From a bacterium (lineage in GTDB: Bacteria > Hinthialibacterota > Hinthialibacteria > Hinthialibacterales > Hinthialibacteraceae), in NCBI GenBank assembly GCA_041946805.1, contig JBHGBC010000007.1, positions 7,527 to 71,526 of the forward strand: DNA of 64,000 nt, in the 5' to 3' direction. The notes under the pieces are model-generated. The model saw only the letters and a program-made list of their open reading frames with translations. It was not told the DNA's origin and made no database searches. Each line of letters begins with the position of its first letter. The stretch's first letter is position 1. Position numbers and translations under genes: made by a program. This document shows positions 1-10,681 of this stretch, piece by piece.

Positions 1-1107
1 GGCCCGACGGAGATCGATCCCACGCAAAGCCTGCCGGTGATTCGTGACGCCGATCAAGCGGTCGCTCAATTCGACGCTCCAGCCGTGATTCCCATCGGGG
101 CGGAACGCTTGGAATTCAAATTGACCATCAACGCCGGCACGGCGGATGAATCATCCTCCAGCGTCTTTGTCTATCTGCAATCCTTTGGCGGCCCGGATGT
201 GATCCGGGAGGGATTCGCTCCCCCCGCCGGCGGATGGGATTATACATGGGACGGGGATCTCAGCCCCTTGAACAGCATTCAGAAATTCCAGAAAAACTTC
301 AGTTTCGATTACGATTTGGGTTCATACGGTCAAGTGTATTCCGTCCCGCCGGCGGGATGGGCGGGGGTTTGGTGCCAGAGTGACGCGATCGTGACCTTGC
401 ATACGGAATCGGGTCTGATCGTTTGCCGTTATTTCGGGGATACGCTGGGGACTTTTCTCGATTTGGATACGGTGTTATCCGGCCTGGGGGCCAACGGCGT
501 GTTCGACGAGACCGGCGCCACCCTGCTGATCCGGGCCCGCAACCTCGATCTCCTGCGCGATGACGGCCAGCCGTTCAGCGCGTACCCCTGGCCGTTCGAC
601 AGCCGGACCGGGGCCATCGACACCGTGGACGAAAGCGCGTTGAATCCCGACGGCACCCGGATCGGAATCGGGAACAAAACCCAGGACTTGGAAGCCGCGT
701 TGACGTATGGATCCCTGGACAACAACGTGTATGTGATGCACGCGGATGGCGAGGACCCGGCTCTCGATGGCACAGTCATCCCCTCATTATCCATACTCGA
801 TTTTTCCACTCTGTGGGTCACGCTCGGCACGGTGGGAGGGAAAAACACGATCAACGTGTATAACGCGCCGGACAAGGCCGCGGTGGTCACGCAGACCATC
901 ACCCGCCATGCCCGGAGACAAAATCCCTTCGACGGCACGTCCTCCGCGGATCCCAATCTGTCCAACAATTACCTGCGTATCGACATCGAAACCGTTCCCG
1001 GCAGCAGCGAAACCAACGCGCTTTGCATTGATTTCCTTTGCTTGAAACGGGGAATCTTTTCGCCCACGTCCAAGCCCGCGGACGTCAGCCGCTGGATGTT
1101 GTTTTGA
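1..1107 (+). CDS. hypothetical protein, 5'-truncated at window edge (C-terminal 368 aa)
   Basis: Frame 1 is open from nt 1 to the TGA at 1105-1107 and reads as protein-like sequence with high GC3. An intrinsic terminator follows. No family recognised. Confidence 0.55.
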   Translation, partial: GPTEIDPTQSLPVIRDADQAVAQFDAPAVIPIGAERLEFKLTINAGTADESSSSVFVYLQSFGGPDVIREGFAPPAGGWDYTWDGDLSPLNSIQKFQKNFSFDYDLGSYGQVYSVPPAGWAGVWCQSDAIVTLHTESGLIVCRYFGDTLGTFLDLDTVLSGLGANGVFDETGATLLIRARNLDLLRDDGQPFSAYPWPFDSRTGAIDTVDESALNPDGTRIGIGNKTQDLEAALTYGSLDNNVYVMHADGEDPALDGTVIPSLSILDFSTLWVTLGTVGGKNTINVYNAPDKAAVVTQTITRHARRQNPFDGTSSADPNLSNNYLRIDIETVPGSSETNALCIDFLCLKRGIFSPTSKPADVSRWMLF

Positions 1108-1135
1108 CCGGTTTGGACCGGTGGCGATGACCAAA

Positions 1136-1161
1136 GGGCGTGCGCAGGCACGCCCTTTTTT
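1136..1161 (+). terminator. Rho-independent terminator (GGGCGTGC-GCAG-GCACGCCC + TTTTTT)
   Basis: Perfect 8-bp GC-rich stem, 4-nt loop and a 6-T run, 29 nt after the stop of the upstream CDS. Confidence 0.75.
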
Positions 1162-1289
1162 CGAGTTCCGGCCAGTCCGATTGAAGTGCAGCCGAACATG
1201 CTCGATAATAAGTGCGTAAGTGCCGGATGGATTCACATGGGACTGCGCGGCGGGATCGTCCGGAGATTTTGGCCAGGAAAGGAGAAGAG

Positions 1290-2342
1290 ATGAAAGCATC
1301 CACCCGGCGTCAATTCATGAAACGAATGGCCTGCCTCGCCAGTAGCATCTCATTCGCGCGGCGGTCCCCGGCGCAAGACGCTCCGGACGTGTTGGAGGGC
1401 GTCCGGACATTCATTCATCGCACCGCCCAGAAGGATGGCTCCTTCACTCCCGGAATCGATCCCGGCTATCCGGGAATCTCGGATACGAATCTCTCGGGGA
1501 TCGCCGCTCCCGCGTATGCGGTGATTCTTTGCCGGACGTTCGATTGGAGCCTGCCCTATCCCGGGGAAACCAAGGAATTTTTCCACCGCTGCCAAAAGCC
1601 CGATGGCGCCTTTTACCCCCCCGCGGGCACGATGGATCCGAATTCCGCTCAGGCCAAATTCTACAATACCGCTCAAGGCATCGTGGCGTTGAAATTACTG
1701 GGCGAGAAACCGAAATACGATCCCGCGCCGGTCCCGGAGTATTTTTTCAAGGAAGAGGAACTCGAAAAACTGCCGCTTTACATGACCAGCTTCTTTCCCT
1801 ACTTTTACACCGCGCTGGGAATCCCCATGCCCGAACAGGTGGACCGGATGCTGCGCGCCTTGATCGAGAAGAAGCAGACCGCCGATGGGTATGTCGGAAA
1901 CCATGTCGCTTCCACGTTTCACGCCGCCCATTATTTCCGGTTGACCGGTTTGCCCACTCCGAAAGCCGGGGTCATGGTGGAACGAGTCTTGCGGGATCAA
2001 AAGGAAGACGGTTCGTGGCACTTGTTCGAACCGGATTGGGATGTCCATGCCGCCTTCGATGCGCTTTTCATATTACGGCAACTGGGAAACGCGAAAGATT
2101 CCCGCATTCAAAAATCTTGCCAACGCGCCAACCAATGGCTGTTGCGGTGCCGGAAACCGGAGGGAGGCTTCGCGCATTATCCCGGCAATCCCCAGGCGGA
2201 CATGGATGCCACGTACTTCCAAGCCGGAGCCCTGGCGCAAACCGGTTATTTACCCATCTCCGCCAAGTTGGAACATGAGGAAATCTGGGGTTGGGGACAT
2301 GCCATGATCCCCGGGAAACGATATTCGTGTTTGCGCTCCTGA
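1290..2342 (+). CDS. prenyltransferase/squalene-oxidase-repeat (terpene cyclase-like) protein with twin-arginine signal
   Basis: ATG at 1290 follows the RBS AGGAAAGGAGAAG. N-terminus has a Tat-type signal (STRRQFMKRMACLASS). It carries repeated Q-W...DGGF/DGSW alpha-toroid-like motifs (QWLLRCRKPEGGF, DQKEDGSW). The ORF-track start at 1212 is probably too far upstream. Confidence 0.5.
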   Translation: MKASTRRQFMKRMACLASSISFARRSPAQDAPDVLEGVRTFIHRTAQKDGSFTPGIDPGYPGISDTNLSGIAAPAYAVILCRTFDWSLPYPGETKEFFHRCQKPDGAFYPPAGTMDPNSAQAKFYNTAQGIVALKLLGEKPKYDPAPVPEYFFKEEELEKLPLYMTSFFPYFYTALGIPMPEQVDRMLRALIEKKQTADGYVGNHVASTFHAAHYFRLTGLPTPKAGVMVERVLRDQKEDGSWHLFEPDWDVHAAFDALFILRQLGNAKDSRIQKSCQRANQWLLRCRKPEGGFAHYPGNPQADMDATYFQAGALAQTGYLPISAKLEHEEIWGWGHAMIPGKRYSCLRS

Positions 2343-2525
2343 TCTCCCGCGGCCTTCATTTCGGCTGCCTGATGGTTATGTAATCCTATCTGGTGCCTTC
2401 ACTTCCCTGGTGGTTTGGGATCCGAGTATCCAGTATTTTATTGCGAAATTGGCCGCCATGGATTGGCTTTGGTCCCCACCGGGCATGCATTTCCATGATG
2501 CACCCAATTGATCATGAGGTGTTTG

Positions 2526-5459
2526 ATGAAGAAATTTTTTTTGGGAATTTGCCTGAGTTGGCTCAGTTCCGGCATGGCGCTGCCGGCGTGGTGTGAATCA
2601 CGGATCGCCATACTCGATGATTCGCTTCCCCGGCTGGACGCGCAATTGGTGGAGGATCTCGCCAACCGCTTGAAGAGCGAGGGGTATGAAATCATCCGGA
2701 TCACCGCCGATGAACTCTGTGATCCGGCCATTATTACCCCGGACCGCGTCGATCTGCTGCTCCTGCCCGCGGCCGCGGCGCTTCCCGCCGAGAGCATGAA
2801 ACCGGTGGAGGATTTCATCCATCAAGGAGGCGATATCATCGCTCTGCAGGCCCCCGCCTTCACGGAACCGTTGTGGAAATCCGGCGCGGACTGGTTGACC
2901 GTTTCCGAGTGGCGCGGGCGGCTCAACCAGGTCCCTGCCACCCATGTTCTATTTGATTTTGAAAACGAAAAACTGGAACGTTGGACCCGGAATTCCAACA
3001 CTCCCAACTCGCCGGCTTCATGGGAACTGAAAGCGGGATATGAAGGTAAGGCGCTGCATGTTTCCATCGAAAACATGGCGGGGTGGGACACGATGGCCTC
3101 GCCGGTGTTGGACACACCGTTTCCGGACGGGCATACGCTGACCTGCCTTTATGCCAAGGGCGTGGGCAAGACCAACGCCCTGAGCCTGGAGTGGTTGGAG
3201 AAGGACGGTTCGCGCTGGATCGCCGTTTTCCCGGTGACGAACGAATGGCAACGGATCGTGCTGACTCCCCGCGATTTCAAATACTGGAAATCGGTCCCGG
3301 AGCGGGGGCGCGCGGGCGATGGTTTCAATCCACAAAACGCCGTCCGGCTGAACGTAGGCGTGGCTTGGACGCACACCGGGCCGCGGGGCGGGGAATACGA
3401 GTATTTTGTCGATCAAATCGGCACGGCTCCCAATCCCTTCGGCGATCACCTGAGTGAAATCCAGGAACCGCCCCGGATCGAGGGATTCAGCCCCTCGTAC
3501 AAGTTCTATCCACTCACGGATGTGGCAAAGCTGCAACCGCGATGGATTCCGTTTGAGGGGAAAAGCGTACCAGTGCCTTCTTTAGAAACGATGCAAGCGC
3601 ATCATCCCCGGCCCACGGGCAAGGGATTCGGCAAACGCCGGGACTGGCGGTGGATTCCCCTGATCGAAGCGCTGGGGCCGCATGGCGAATGGCGGGGCGC
3701 GCTTGCGGGGTTGTTCGTGGACAACGCGCTCCATCCCGGCAGCCTGCGCGCCTGGTTCGGGATTCAGGATCCCGCGTGGTACCGCCGGCCTGAAGTTCAG
3801 AAGTTCATCGTTCAACTAACCAACCGAATGGCGGAGGGTTTGCTGTTGATGGAAGGGGGAACCGAGTACTTCACGTACCGTGAAGGGCAGCCGGTGATCG
3901 TGGGAACGCAAATCGCCAACCTATTGCGTGATGCGACACAGGAATTCACGGTTTCGTATGAAATATCCGCCAAGAACCATCCCGAGCTTCCACTCGTGAA
4001 ACGGGATACCATCGCCTCAGCCGCGCCCGGTGGGATCCTCTCGGTTTCCAGCCCGGTGTCCTTGCCGGGGAAGGAGAGGCAGTATCAAATCACGGTGCGG
4101 CTGGCGAGGGAGGGAATAGTACTCGATCAAATCACCCACGATTTCTTCATTTACAAACCCAAGCCGGAGGACCAGCGCCGGTTGGTCACGGTCCGCAAGG
4201 GGGATTTTTATCTTGACGGCCGCAAGTGGTATGTCCACGGCGTGAATTACTTGCCCTCGACGGGTATCGGCGTGGATGATTATGGCTTTTTCGAACAATG
4301 GCTGGGCCGCCGCGCGTACGATCCGGAATTCATTCAACGCGACCTGGAACGCTGCCGGGACATGGGCTTGAACTCGGTTTCCATCTTTCTTTACCACCGC
4401 TCCCTGCGCGACAACAACCTGCTGGATATCCTCCGGCGCTGCGAGGAATTGGGGCTGTATGTCAATCTGTCCATCCGGCCCGGCAATCCCATGCAATACG
4501 ACTGGAACCGATGGAGGGAAATCATCGAATTCAACCGGCTGTGGGAACAGGATATCATCTACGCCTACGACATCGCTTGGGAGCCGTTTTTCGGGACGAT
4601 CGAGGAACGGCGGGCGTATGATGCCGATTGGCAAGCCTGGATCATCCAACAATATGGTTCCCTCGAGGCGGTGGAAAAAACCTGGGGCGTGGGCGCTCCC
4701 CGTTTCGACGGGAAAGTCTCCTCTCCCACCCCGGAGCAACTCGGCGAGGATGGCCCGCACCGCCGGATGGTGGCCGATTACCGCCGCTTCGTGGATGATT
4801 TGATCCATGAAAAATACCTGGCGGCGGCGGAGCAGATCCGCGCCCTCGATCCTCATCACCTGGTCAGTTTCCGCATGACGGTGACGGGCGATCCTACCTT
4901 CAAAGGTGATCTCCAAATGCCCTACGATTTCAAGGGCGTGGCGCGGCCGATGGATTTTCTCGCGCCCGAGGGCTATGGCCGCATCGGGGATTGGGAGCGG
5001 GTGAAGCCGGGGATCTTCACCGTGGCCTACGCGCGGTACTGCGCTTCGGACAAGCCGGTCCTGTGGGCGGAAGCCGGGGTACACGTGTGGAACCACCAAA
5101 CCATGCGCGTGGATCCCGAGTTGCTCGACTACCAAGGCCGCTTCTACGAGGATTTCTACCACATGGTGTCGGCCTCGTATTCCAACGGCGTGGTGTGGTG
5201 GTGGTATCCGGGAGGCTACCGCGCCAACGAGCAGTCGGATTATGGAATCATCAATCCGGATGGTACGGACCGCCCGGCCACGAAGGCCATCCGGCGGAAC
5301 GCGGCCCGGGTGTTGGCGGAACGGACCATCCCCCGGCCGGACGTCTGGATCGAAATCGACCGCGACGCCGACGCGCGCGGATTGTATGGTGTTTACGACC
5401 GGGTGAAGGACGCGTTTTGGCGAGCCTTCGACTCCGGCCGTTTTCCCGGCTTGCGGTAA
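2526..5459 (+). CDS. large secreted clan GH-A (TIM-barrel, GH5/GH42-like) glycoside hydrolase family protein
   Basis: Signal peptide MKKFFLGICLSWLSSGMALPAWC. The C-terminal half has the motifs VHGVNYLP...GLNSVSIF...YAYDIAWEP (NEP-like acid/base motif). The N-terminal module resembles a GATase1-like/GH42 middle domain. Family assignment is by motif only. Confidence 0.45.
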   Translation: MKKFFLGICLSWLSSGMALPAWCESRIAILDDSLPRLDAQLVEDLANRLKSEGYEIIRITADELCDPAIITPDRVDLLLLPAAAALPAESMKPVEDFIHQGGDIIALQAPAFTEPLWKSGADWLTVSEWRGRLNQVPATHVLFDFENEKLERWTRNSNTPNSPASWELKAGYEGKALHVSIENMAGWDTMASPVLDTPFPDGHTLTCLYAKGVGKTNALSLEWLEKDGSRWIAVFPVTNEWQRIVLTPRDFKYWKSVPERGRAGDGFNPQNAVRLNVGVAWTHTGPRGGEYEYFVDQIGTAPNPFGDHLSEIQEPPRIEGFSPSYKFYPLTDVAKLQPRWIPFEGKSVPVPSLETMQAHHPRPTGKGFGKRRDWRWIPLIEALGPHGEWRGALAGLFVDNALHPGSLRAWFGIQDPAWYRRPEVQKFIVQLTNRMAEGLLLMEGGTEYFTYREGQPVIVGTQIANLLRDATQEFTVSYEISAKNHPELPLVKRDTIASAAPGGILSVSSPVSLPGKERQYQITVRLAREGIVLDQITHDFFIYKPKPEDQRRLVTVRKGDFYLDGRKWYVHGVNYLPSTGIGVDDYGFFEQWLGRRAYDPEFIQRDLERCRDMGLNSVSIFLYHRSLRDNNLLDILRRCEELGLYVNLSIRPGNPMQYDWNRWREIIEFNRLWEQDIIYAYDIAWEPFFGTIEERRAYDADWQAWIIQQYGSLEAVEKTWGVGAPRFDGKVSSPTPEQLGEDGPHRRMVADYRRFVDDLIHEKYLAAAEQIRALDPHHLVSFRMTVTGDPTFKGDLQMPYDFKGVARPMDFLAPEGYGRIGDWERVKPGIFTVAYARYCASDKPVLWAEAGVHVWNHQTMRVDPELLDYQGRFYEDFYHMVSASYSNGVVWWWYPGGYRANEQSDYGIINPDGTDRPATKAIRRNAARVLAERTIPRPDVWIEIDRDADARGLYGVYDRVKDAFWRAFDSGRFPGLR

Positions 5460-5527
5460 AGTGTTTCCCATTGCGGTTGGCGCGTGAATACTGGAGAGAG
5501 CCCAGCGATCTGGGGAGGTAAAAAACC

Positions 5528-6955
5528 ATGAATCCACAAATCGTAGACCGCCGGACATTTCTGAATAGATTGGGAACAGGCCTGCTGGGCGGGGCCGCGG
5601 CGTTGACCCTGGGCCGCTATGCCGCTGGAGAATCCTCCCATGACCGGTTGAACATCATCTTTATCCTTATCGATGATTTCGGCTGGACCGATTTGGCCTG
5701 TTATGGCAGCCCGTTTTACGAAACGCCGCACATCGACCGCCTGGCCGGCGAGGGGATGAAATTCACCGATGCCTATTCCGCCTGCACGGTCTGTTCACCG
5801 ACTCGCGCCGCCATCATGACCGGAAAGTACCCCGCCCGGTTGGGGATTACGGATTGGATTCCCGGGCATAACCGCCCGTTTGCCAAGCTGCGGATTCCCG
5901 CGATTCACAACCAATTGGCGTTGGAGGAAACCACCATTGCCGAAGTTCTCAATCCCAGCGGATACGCCTGCGCGCACGTCGGCAAATGGCACCTGGGCGG
6001 CGATCCGTTCTATCCCGACGCGCAGGGATTCGACATCAATGTGGGAGGCAATTATTTGGGCCACCCGCCCAGCTACTTCAGCCCGTACAAAATGCCCATC
6101 ATGAAAGAAGGCCCGGAGGGGGAATATTTGACTGACCGTCTGGGAGACGAGGCAGTCTGTTTCATCGAGAAAAACCGGGACCGGCCGTTTTTCCTGTATT
6201 TCGCGCATTATGCGGTGCATAATCCGCTGCAGGCAAAGAAAGAAATCATCGAGCATTACCAGGCCAAGGCCGATCCCAACGCCCGGCATAACCATCCCAT
6301 CTATGCCGCCATGATCCATAGCGTGGACGAAACGGTGGGCCGGATTCTCGAAACGCTGGAAAAACAAGGCATCGCGGACCGTACCGTGATCTTCTTTACG
6401 GGTGACAACGGCGGCCTGCTGCCCAACACCTCCAATGCGCCCCTGCGCGCGGGCAAAGGATCGGCTTACGAGGGCGGGGTGCGCGTGCCGCTATTGGTCC
6501 GTTGGCCGGGCGTGACCCCGCCGGGGAGCGTGTGCGCCGAGCCGGTGATCAGCGTGGATTATTTTCCCACCATCGCGCAAATGGCGAACGTTCCGGCTGG
6601 TTCCGGAGAGGTGGACGGCGTGAGCCTGGTCCCTGTGCTCAGGGATCCCCAGGCTGCCCTGGGCCGCGAGGCGGTCTATTGGCATTACCCGCATTATCAT
6701 CCCGGGGGCGCGGCCCCGTATGGCGCAGTGCGGCGGGGGGAATACAAGCTGATCGAATTCTTCGAAGACGGGAAACTGGAGTTGTACAACCTGAAAGAGG
6801 ATGTGGGTGAATCCAACGATTTGTCCCAAAAACTTCCCGATGTGACATCCGCACTGCGGCAGGATCTGGCGGCCTGGCGCGCACGGGTCAACGCCCAGAT
6901 GCCGCGGCCCAATCCCGATTATGATCCTGAAAAGGCTGGGGAGAGGGGCAGGTAG
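5528..6955 (+). CDS. sulfatase (arylsulfatase family) with Tat signal
   Basis: RBS GGAGG precedes the ATG. Tat motif RRTFLNRLGTGLLGGAAA. Carries the canonical sulfatase signature CSPTRAAIMTGKYPARLG (the Cys would be converted to formylglycine) and LIDDFGWTD. Confidence 0.9.
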   Translation: MNPQIVDRRTFLNRLGTGLLGGAAALTLGRYAAGESSHDRLNIIFILIDDFGWTDLACYGSPFYETPHIDRLAGEGMKFTDAYSACTVCSPTRAAIMTGKYPARLGITDWIPGHNRPFAKLRIPAIHNQLALEETTIAEVLNPSGYACAHVGKWHLGGDPFYPDAQGFDINVGGNYLGHPPSYFSPYKMPIMKEGPEGEYLTDRLGDEAVCFIEKNRDRPFFLYFAHYAVHNPLQAKKEIIEHYQAKADPNARHNHPIYAAMIHSVDETVGRILETLEKQGIADRTVIFFTGDNGGLLPNTSNAPLRAGKGSAYEGGVRVPLLVRWPGVTPPGSVCAEPVISVDYFPTIAQMANVPAGSGEVDGVSLVPVLRDPQAALGREAVYWHYPHYHPGGAAPYGAVRRGEYKLIEFFEDGKLELYNLKEDVGESNDLSQKLPDVTSALRQDLAAWRARVNAQMPRPNPDYDPEKAGERGR

Positions 6956-7133
6956 CATGGATTGTTCGCTGTGCGAGGTTGGCCGCGCTTGGCATCCACT
7001 TGGCCGCCGGCGTATTTGATTGCAGGCTGGACGCCCTCACTGCCATATCATGAATGGCCGCTTTCCTTGGGGATTAATCCTAGATCCACCATAATAACGG
7101 GATACCGATCCCCAGGCGGAGCAGCGTGGTTCC

Positions 7134-8624
7134 ATGGCGGATGCGTTGAATTTCCCGAAATTATCCCGATACAAGAATCCGGACGCGTTCCGCGGGCGGC
7201 TGGCGGAACTGCGGCTGGATCTGCCCCTGGATGACCGCGTCCTCACGGCCGGTGACGATTCGCCCCTGGCGAAGCCGATAGAGATCTTCGGCCGGAAAGT
7301 GGGTAACCGCTGGTGCATTCATCCCATGGAAGGGTGGGACGGAACCCGGGAAGGCATGCCTTCCCCCCTCACGCTGCGGCGGTGGCGGAAATTCGGCCTG
7401 TCGGGCGCCAAGTTGATTTTTGGGGGGGAAGCGACGGCGGTTCAGCCCGGCGGGCGCGCCAATCCCCGCCAACTCATGGCCCTCGAAAGCACCCGCGCGG
7501 GCCTGGCCCAGTTGCTCTCCACGCTGAAGGAAGCGCACCGCGAGACCTGCGGCGCCGTCGATGACCTGCTGGTGGGCCTGCAGCTGACGCATTCCGGCCG
7601 GTTCTGCAAACCGAACGATTGGGGACGCCCCGAGCCCCGGATTCTGTTCCACCACCCGATTCTGGACCGGAGGGTGGGCGTGGCGGCGGATGACGATTCC
7701 GCCATCCTGAGCGACGCGGAGATCGACGCATTGATCGAGGCCTACATTCGGGCGGCCCGGATCGCCGCGGAAACGGGCTTCGATTTCGTGGATGTCAAAC
7801 ATTGCCACGGCTATTTAGGACATGAGTTCCTCGGCGCGCATACCCGGCCGGGGAAATATGGCGGATCGTTGGAAAACCGCACCCGTTTTCTGCGGACCAT
7901 TGTGGAGCGCGTGCGAGATGAAATCCCCGGCCTGGGCATCGCCGTGCGGATCAGCGCGTTTGACCTCGTTCCCTTTCATGATGACGCGGCCACCCGCGTA
8001 GGCCGGCGGAAGGGGACCGGCATTCCCGAACCGTTCGAGCATTGTCTTCCGTACCGGTACGGCTTCGGGGTGGACCCGGAGGATCCCACCCGGTACGACC
8101 TGACGGAAACATGGCAATTGATGCGGATATTGCAGGACCTGGACATTCAACTGGTCAACATCACGGGTGGGAGCCCTTACTACAATCCACACATCCAGCG
8201 TCCGGCGATTTTCCCGCCGTCCGATGGGTACTGGCCCCCGGAGGATCCCCTGGTGGGAGTCCACCGCCATATCGAGGTGACCCGCGTCCTCAAGCAGCGG
8301 TTCCCCCGGATGATCTTCGTGGGCACGGGTTACACTTACTTGCAGGAGTTTTTACCCCACGTGGCCCAGGCGGTGATCCGGCAGGGTTGGACGGACCTGG
8401 TGGGCGTCGGACGGATGGTGTTGTCCTATCCATCCCTCCCCATCGACTCGTTGACCTCCGGGTTGTTGGATACGAAGCACATCTGCCGGACGTTTTCCGA
8501 TTGCACCACCGCGCCCCGCAACGCCCTGGTGTCGGGGTGCTATCCGCTGGACGAGTTCTACCGCGGCCGCGACGAGGCGCGGCGGTTGAAGGAAATCAAG
8601 GGCGTGGCAGGGGAGACGGGGTGA
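7134..8624 (+). CDS. Old Yellow Enzyme family NADH:flavin oxidoreductase
   Basis: OYE TIM-barrel motifs: NRWCIHPMEG (NR.V..PM), GGEATAV, LQLTHSGRF, and the KHCHGYLGHEFLGAHTRPGKYGGSLENRTRF active-site block. Start is uncertain because of a 45-aa N-terminal extension. Confidence 0.8.
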   Translation: MADALNFPKLSRYKNPDAFRGRLAELRLDLPLDDRVLTAGDDSPLAKPIEIFGRKVGNRWCIHPMEGWDGTREGMPSPLTLRRWRKFGLSGAKLIFGGEATAVQPGGRANPRQLMALESTRAGLAQLLSTLKEAHRETCGAVDDLLVGLQLTHSGRFCKPNDWGRPEPRILFHHPILDRRVGVAADDDSAILSDAEIDALIEAYIRAARIAAETGFDFVDVKHCHGYLGHEFLGAHTRPGKYGGSLENRTRFLRTIVERVRDEIPGLGIAVRISAFDLVPFHDDAATRVGRRKGTGIPEPFEHCLPYRYGFGVDPEDPTRYDLTETWQLMRILQDLDIQLVNITGGSPYYNPHIQRPAIFPPSDGYWPPEDPLVGVHRHIEVTRVLKQRFPRMIFVGTGYTYLQEFLPHVAQAVIRQGWTDLVGVGRMVLSYPSLPIDSLTSGLLDTKHICRTFSDCTTAPRNALVSGCYPLDEFYRGRDEARRLKEIKGVAGETG

Positions 8625-8823
8625 TCCGGGGAAGGTACGGTTTTCGAGCGGATAGCAGGGGCGCGTGGCAACGTGCCCCTACAAATTCAGACAATAGGTT
8701 CTGTTGAGTGTTCGCATGGATGATTAACTGAAATGCAGAATTGTCTTTCCAGCGCCAACGGCGGGTAAGAAGCGAGTCCAGGGCAACACCCTGAGAGAAT
8801 GGCGAAAACATAATAAATTTCCC

Positions 8824-8850
8824 CCCTCTGGGAGAGGGATAAGGTGAGGG
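8824..8850. repeat. REP-like palindromic element copy 1 (CCCTCTGGGAGAGGG..GGTGAGGG)
   Basis: Intergenic. Same core as the other 9 copies listed in this table; sits in an AT-rich 360-bp gap. Confidence 0.8.
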
Positions 8851-8988
8851 TAACCGTGGAAGGGCGCAATCCATCCTTTCTCTGCAATTGAGTAAACCGT
8901 TACAAAAAATGATGTGTCCGCTTGAACAACATACCGTGCATCGGTAAATAAGAACGAAAAGCCAACGAAATCCCTTGCAGGTGACATT

Positions 8989-10410
8989 TTGAAATTACCC
9001 CACATTCCGGACGTCGATAGGTATTTGTGCCTCTTTCTATTTGGCGTGCTGGCATTGAGCTTTGGCGGGCATGGATCGTCCGTGGATGAAAACCTGATCA
9101 TCCAGGTGACCGAGTCACTGGTGGAACACGGCGAACTCACCGTCGCCAACATGTTCCAGGCCTTGCCGGGATCGGATGGGAAATACTACAGCCGTTACGG
9201 CATCGCGTTTCCCATGGCGATGGTTCCGTTCTACCTGCTGGGCAAGGGCTTGGAGATATTGTTTCCACCCACGCCGGCGTTTTTTGGGAACGGCCGGTTT
9301 TTCGCGATGCTGTGGGGCAACCTGCTGATCACGGTTTTGACCGGCTGGTTGTTTTACCGTTTGTGCCGGATGGTGGAGGGTAAGGAAAAAGCGTCCGCGG
9401 GATTGGCCGTGGCCTTGATCATGACCACGCCGTTCTGGCCCTACAGCCAGACGCTGTACCGATTGACCGCGGCGGGGGCGGTGCTGACCGGGGCGCTGCT
9501 GCTGATCCTGTCGATTTTCCAGAATCCATCCAAAGCCCGGCTGATCGGGTTGGGGGCATTGACCGCCTTCGGGTTGAATCTGCGCGAGGACCTGGTCTTC
9601 GCGTTTGGGCTCATGGGTATCTATGTCCTGTGCCAGGGGGAAGGAGCCGGGAAATGGAGGTGCGCGGCCGCGATGACCGCCGGGGCGGCGGCCGGCGTGG
9701 TCATCTGGGGGATTCATAACTATATCCGTTTCGGGCAGGTGTTCATCGAGAACTACGAAGATCTGTCGTTTGATTATCCCTTGATCCTGAGCTTGCCCCA
9801 GTTGATCTGGGGAGAACGCCACGGCCTGGTTCCGTATGCCCCCCTGGCGTTGCTCTTGCCGTTCTCCTATGGGGCCGCCTGTAAAAAGCAGCGGACCGGC
9901 CTCTGGTTTTTGTGCGCGGCGGTCATGGTGGTGTATATCGGCCTGTACGGGAAATCGAGCATGTGGCACGGGGGAATCTGCTGGGGGCCGCGGCATTTGT
10001 ATTTTTTGCTGCCGTTCTGTTTGCTGCCTGGCGTCTGGATGTGGGACAATATTTCCTTGCGCCGGTTTCGGTGGTCTATCGGCATGGGCTTTATCATGGG
10101 GATCGTCATGAATTGGCCGGGCGTGTATTCCCACCAGGGCAAATACCAGGATTTTTTCAGCCGCCCCTCGTTTTTCCCGCTGGTTTGGAAGCCGGTGGTC
10201 CATCCGGATTATATTACCTTTGATGAACTGGATCTCTGGTGGATTCGCATGATCAAACTGGAGCCGGTATCTCCATGGCCGGTGCTCTTCGCGGCGCTGC
10301 TACTCTTCACGGCCTGGAGTGGATACCGGTTGTGGAAGGCGATTGCGCGGCCGCGGTTGGAGGAGGAGGGTGGATTAAGCGCAGCGAAATCCGCGAATAT
10401 ATCCGTCTGA
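8989..10410 (+). CDS. polytopic membrane protein, GT-C-type (ArnT/PMT-like) glycosyltransferase candidate
   Basis: About 12 predicted TM segments. A DE motif (SSVDENLII) sits in the first loop after TM1, as in GT-C glycosyltransferases. Has a TTG start, and the start is uncertain. Confidence 0.4.
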   Translation: MKLPHIPDVDRYLCLFLFGVLALSFGGHGSSVDENLIIQVTESLVEHGELTVANMFQALPGSDGKYYSRYGIAFPMAMVPFYLLGKGLEILFPPTPAFFGNGRFFAMLWGNLLITVLTGWLFYRLCRMVEGKEKASAGLAVALIMTTPFWPYSQTLYRLTAAGAVLTGALLLILSIFQNPSKARLIGLGALTAFGLNLREDLVFAFGLMGIYVLCQGEGAGKWRCAAAMTAGAAAGVVIWGIHNYIRFGQVFIENYEDLSFDYPLILSLPQLIWGERHGLVPYAPLALLLPFSYGAACKKQRTGLWFLCAAVMVVYIGLYGKSSMWHGGICWGPRHLYFLLPFCLLPGVWMWDNISLRRFRWSIGMGFIMGIVMNWPGVYSHQGKYQDFFSRPSFFPLVWKPVVHPDYITFDELDLWWIRMIKLEPVSPWPVLFAALLLFTAWSGYRLWKAIARPRLEEEGGLSAAKSANISV

Positions 10411-10504
10411 GGCGGTTTGACGTAAAGGATTTTCCTTCCCCTGGGCTACTCCCTGGGATCTAGTTTTTGAAATTCTGATTATGCGTTGAATTGGATCCCC
10501 TAGG

Positions 10505-10640
10505 GATTAGCAACGATTTACCCGGACGCGGAACTTTCTCAGTGTGTAATTCGTGGTATGACTAAAGAAGGGAACGCGAAACGATTCCCTCTCCCTCCGG
10601 GAGATGGTTAGGGTGAGGGAAGCCCTGAAAAGACGAAATA
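10505..10640. repeat. left arm of a ~135-bp inverted repeat pair (contains REP core at 10587-10619)
   Basis: About 85% identical to the reverse complement of 13445-13585. Shares ATTTACCCG...GGGAACGCGAAACGATTCCCTCTCCC...GGGTGAGGGAAGCCCTGAAA with it. Confidence 0.8.
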
Positions 10641-10681
10641 CATCCTTTCTCTGCAACCGAGTAAATAATTGCAGGGATTGC

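Noticed and set aside
4017-5558. Long antisense or alternate-frame ORFs (e.g. 4017-5558-, 9115-10203-, 10948-12462+, 17102-18964+, 23223-25262+, 30586-31833-, 33316-34929-, 33579-35147+, 35899-37473-, 38140-39474+, 39586-41238+, 41931-43670+, 54992-56305-)
   Set aside because: Each overlaps a gene with clear family motifs on the other strand or frame. Their translations are Arg/Gly/Pro/His-rich low-complexity sequence typical of spurious ORFs in high-GC DNA. Several run through REP elements.
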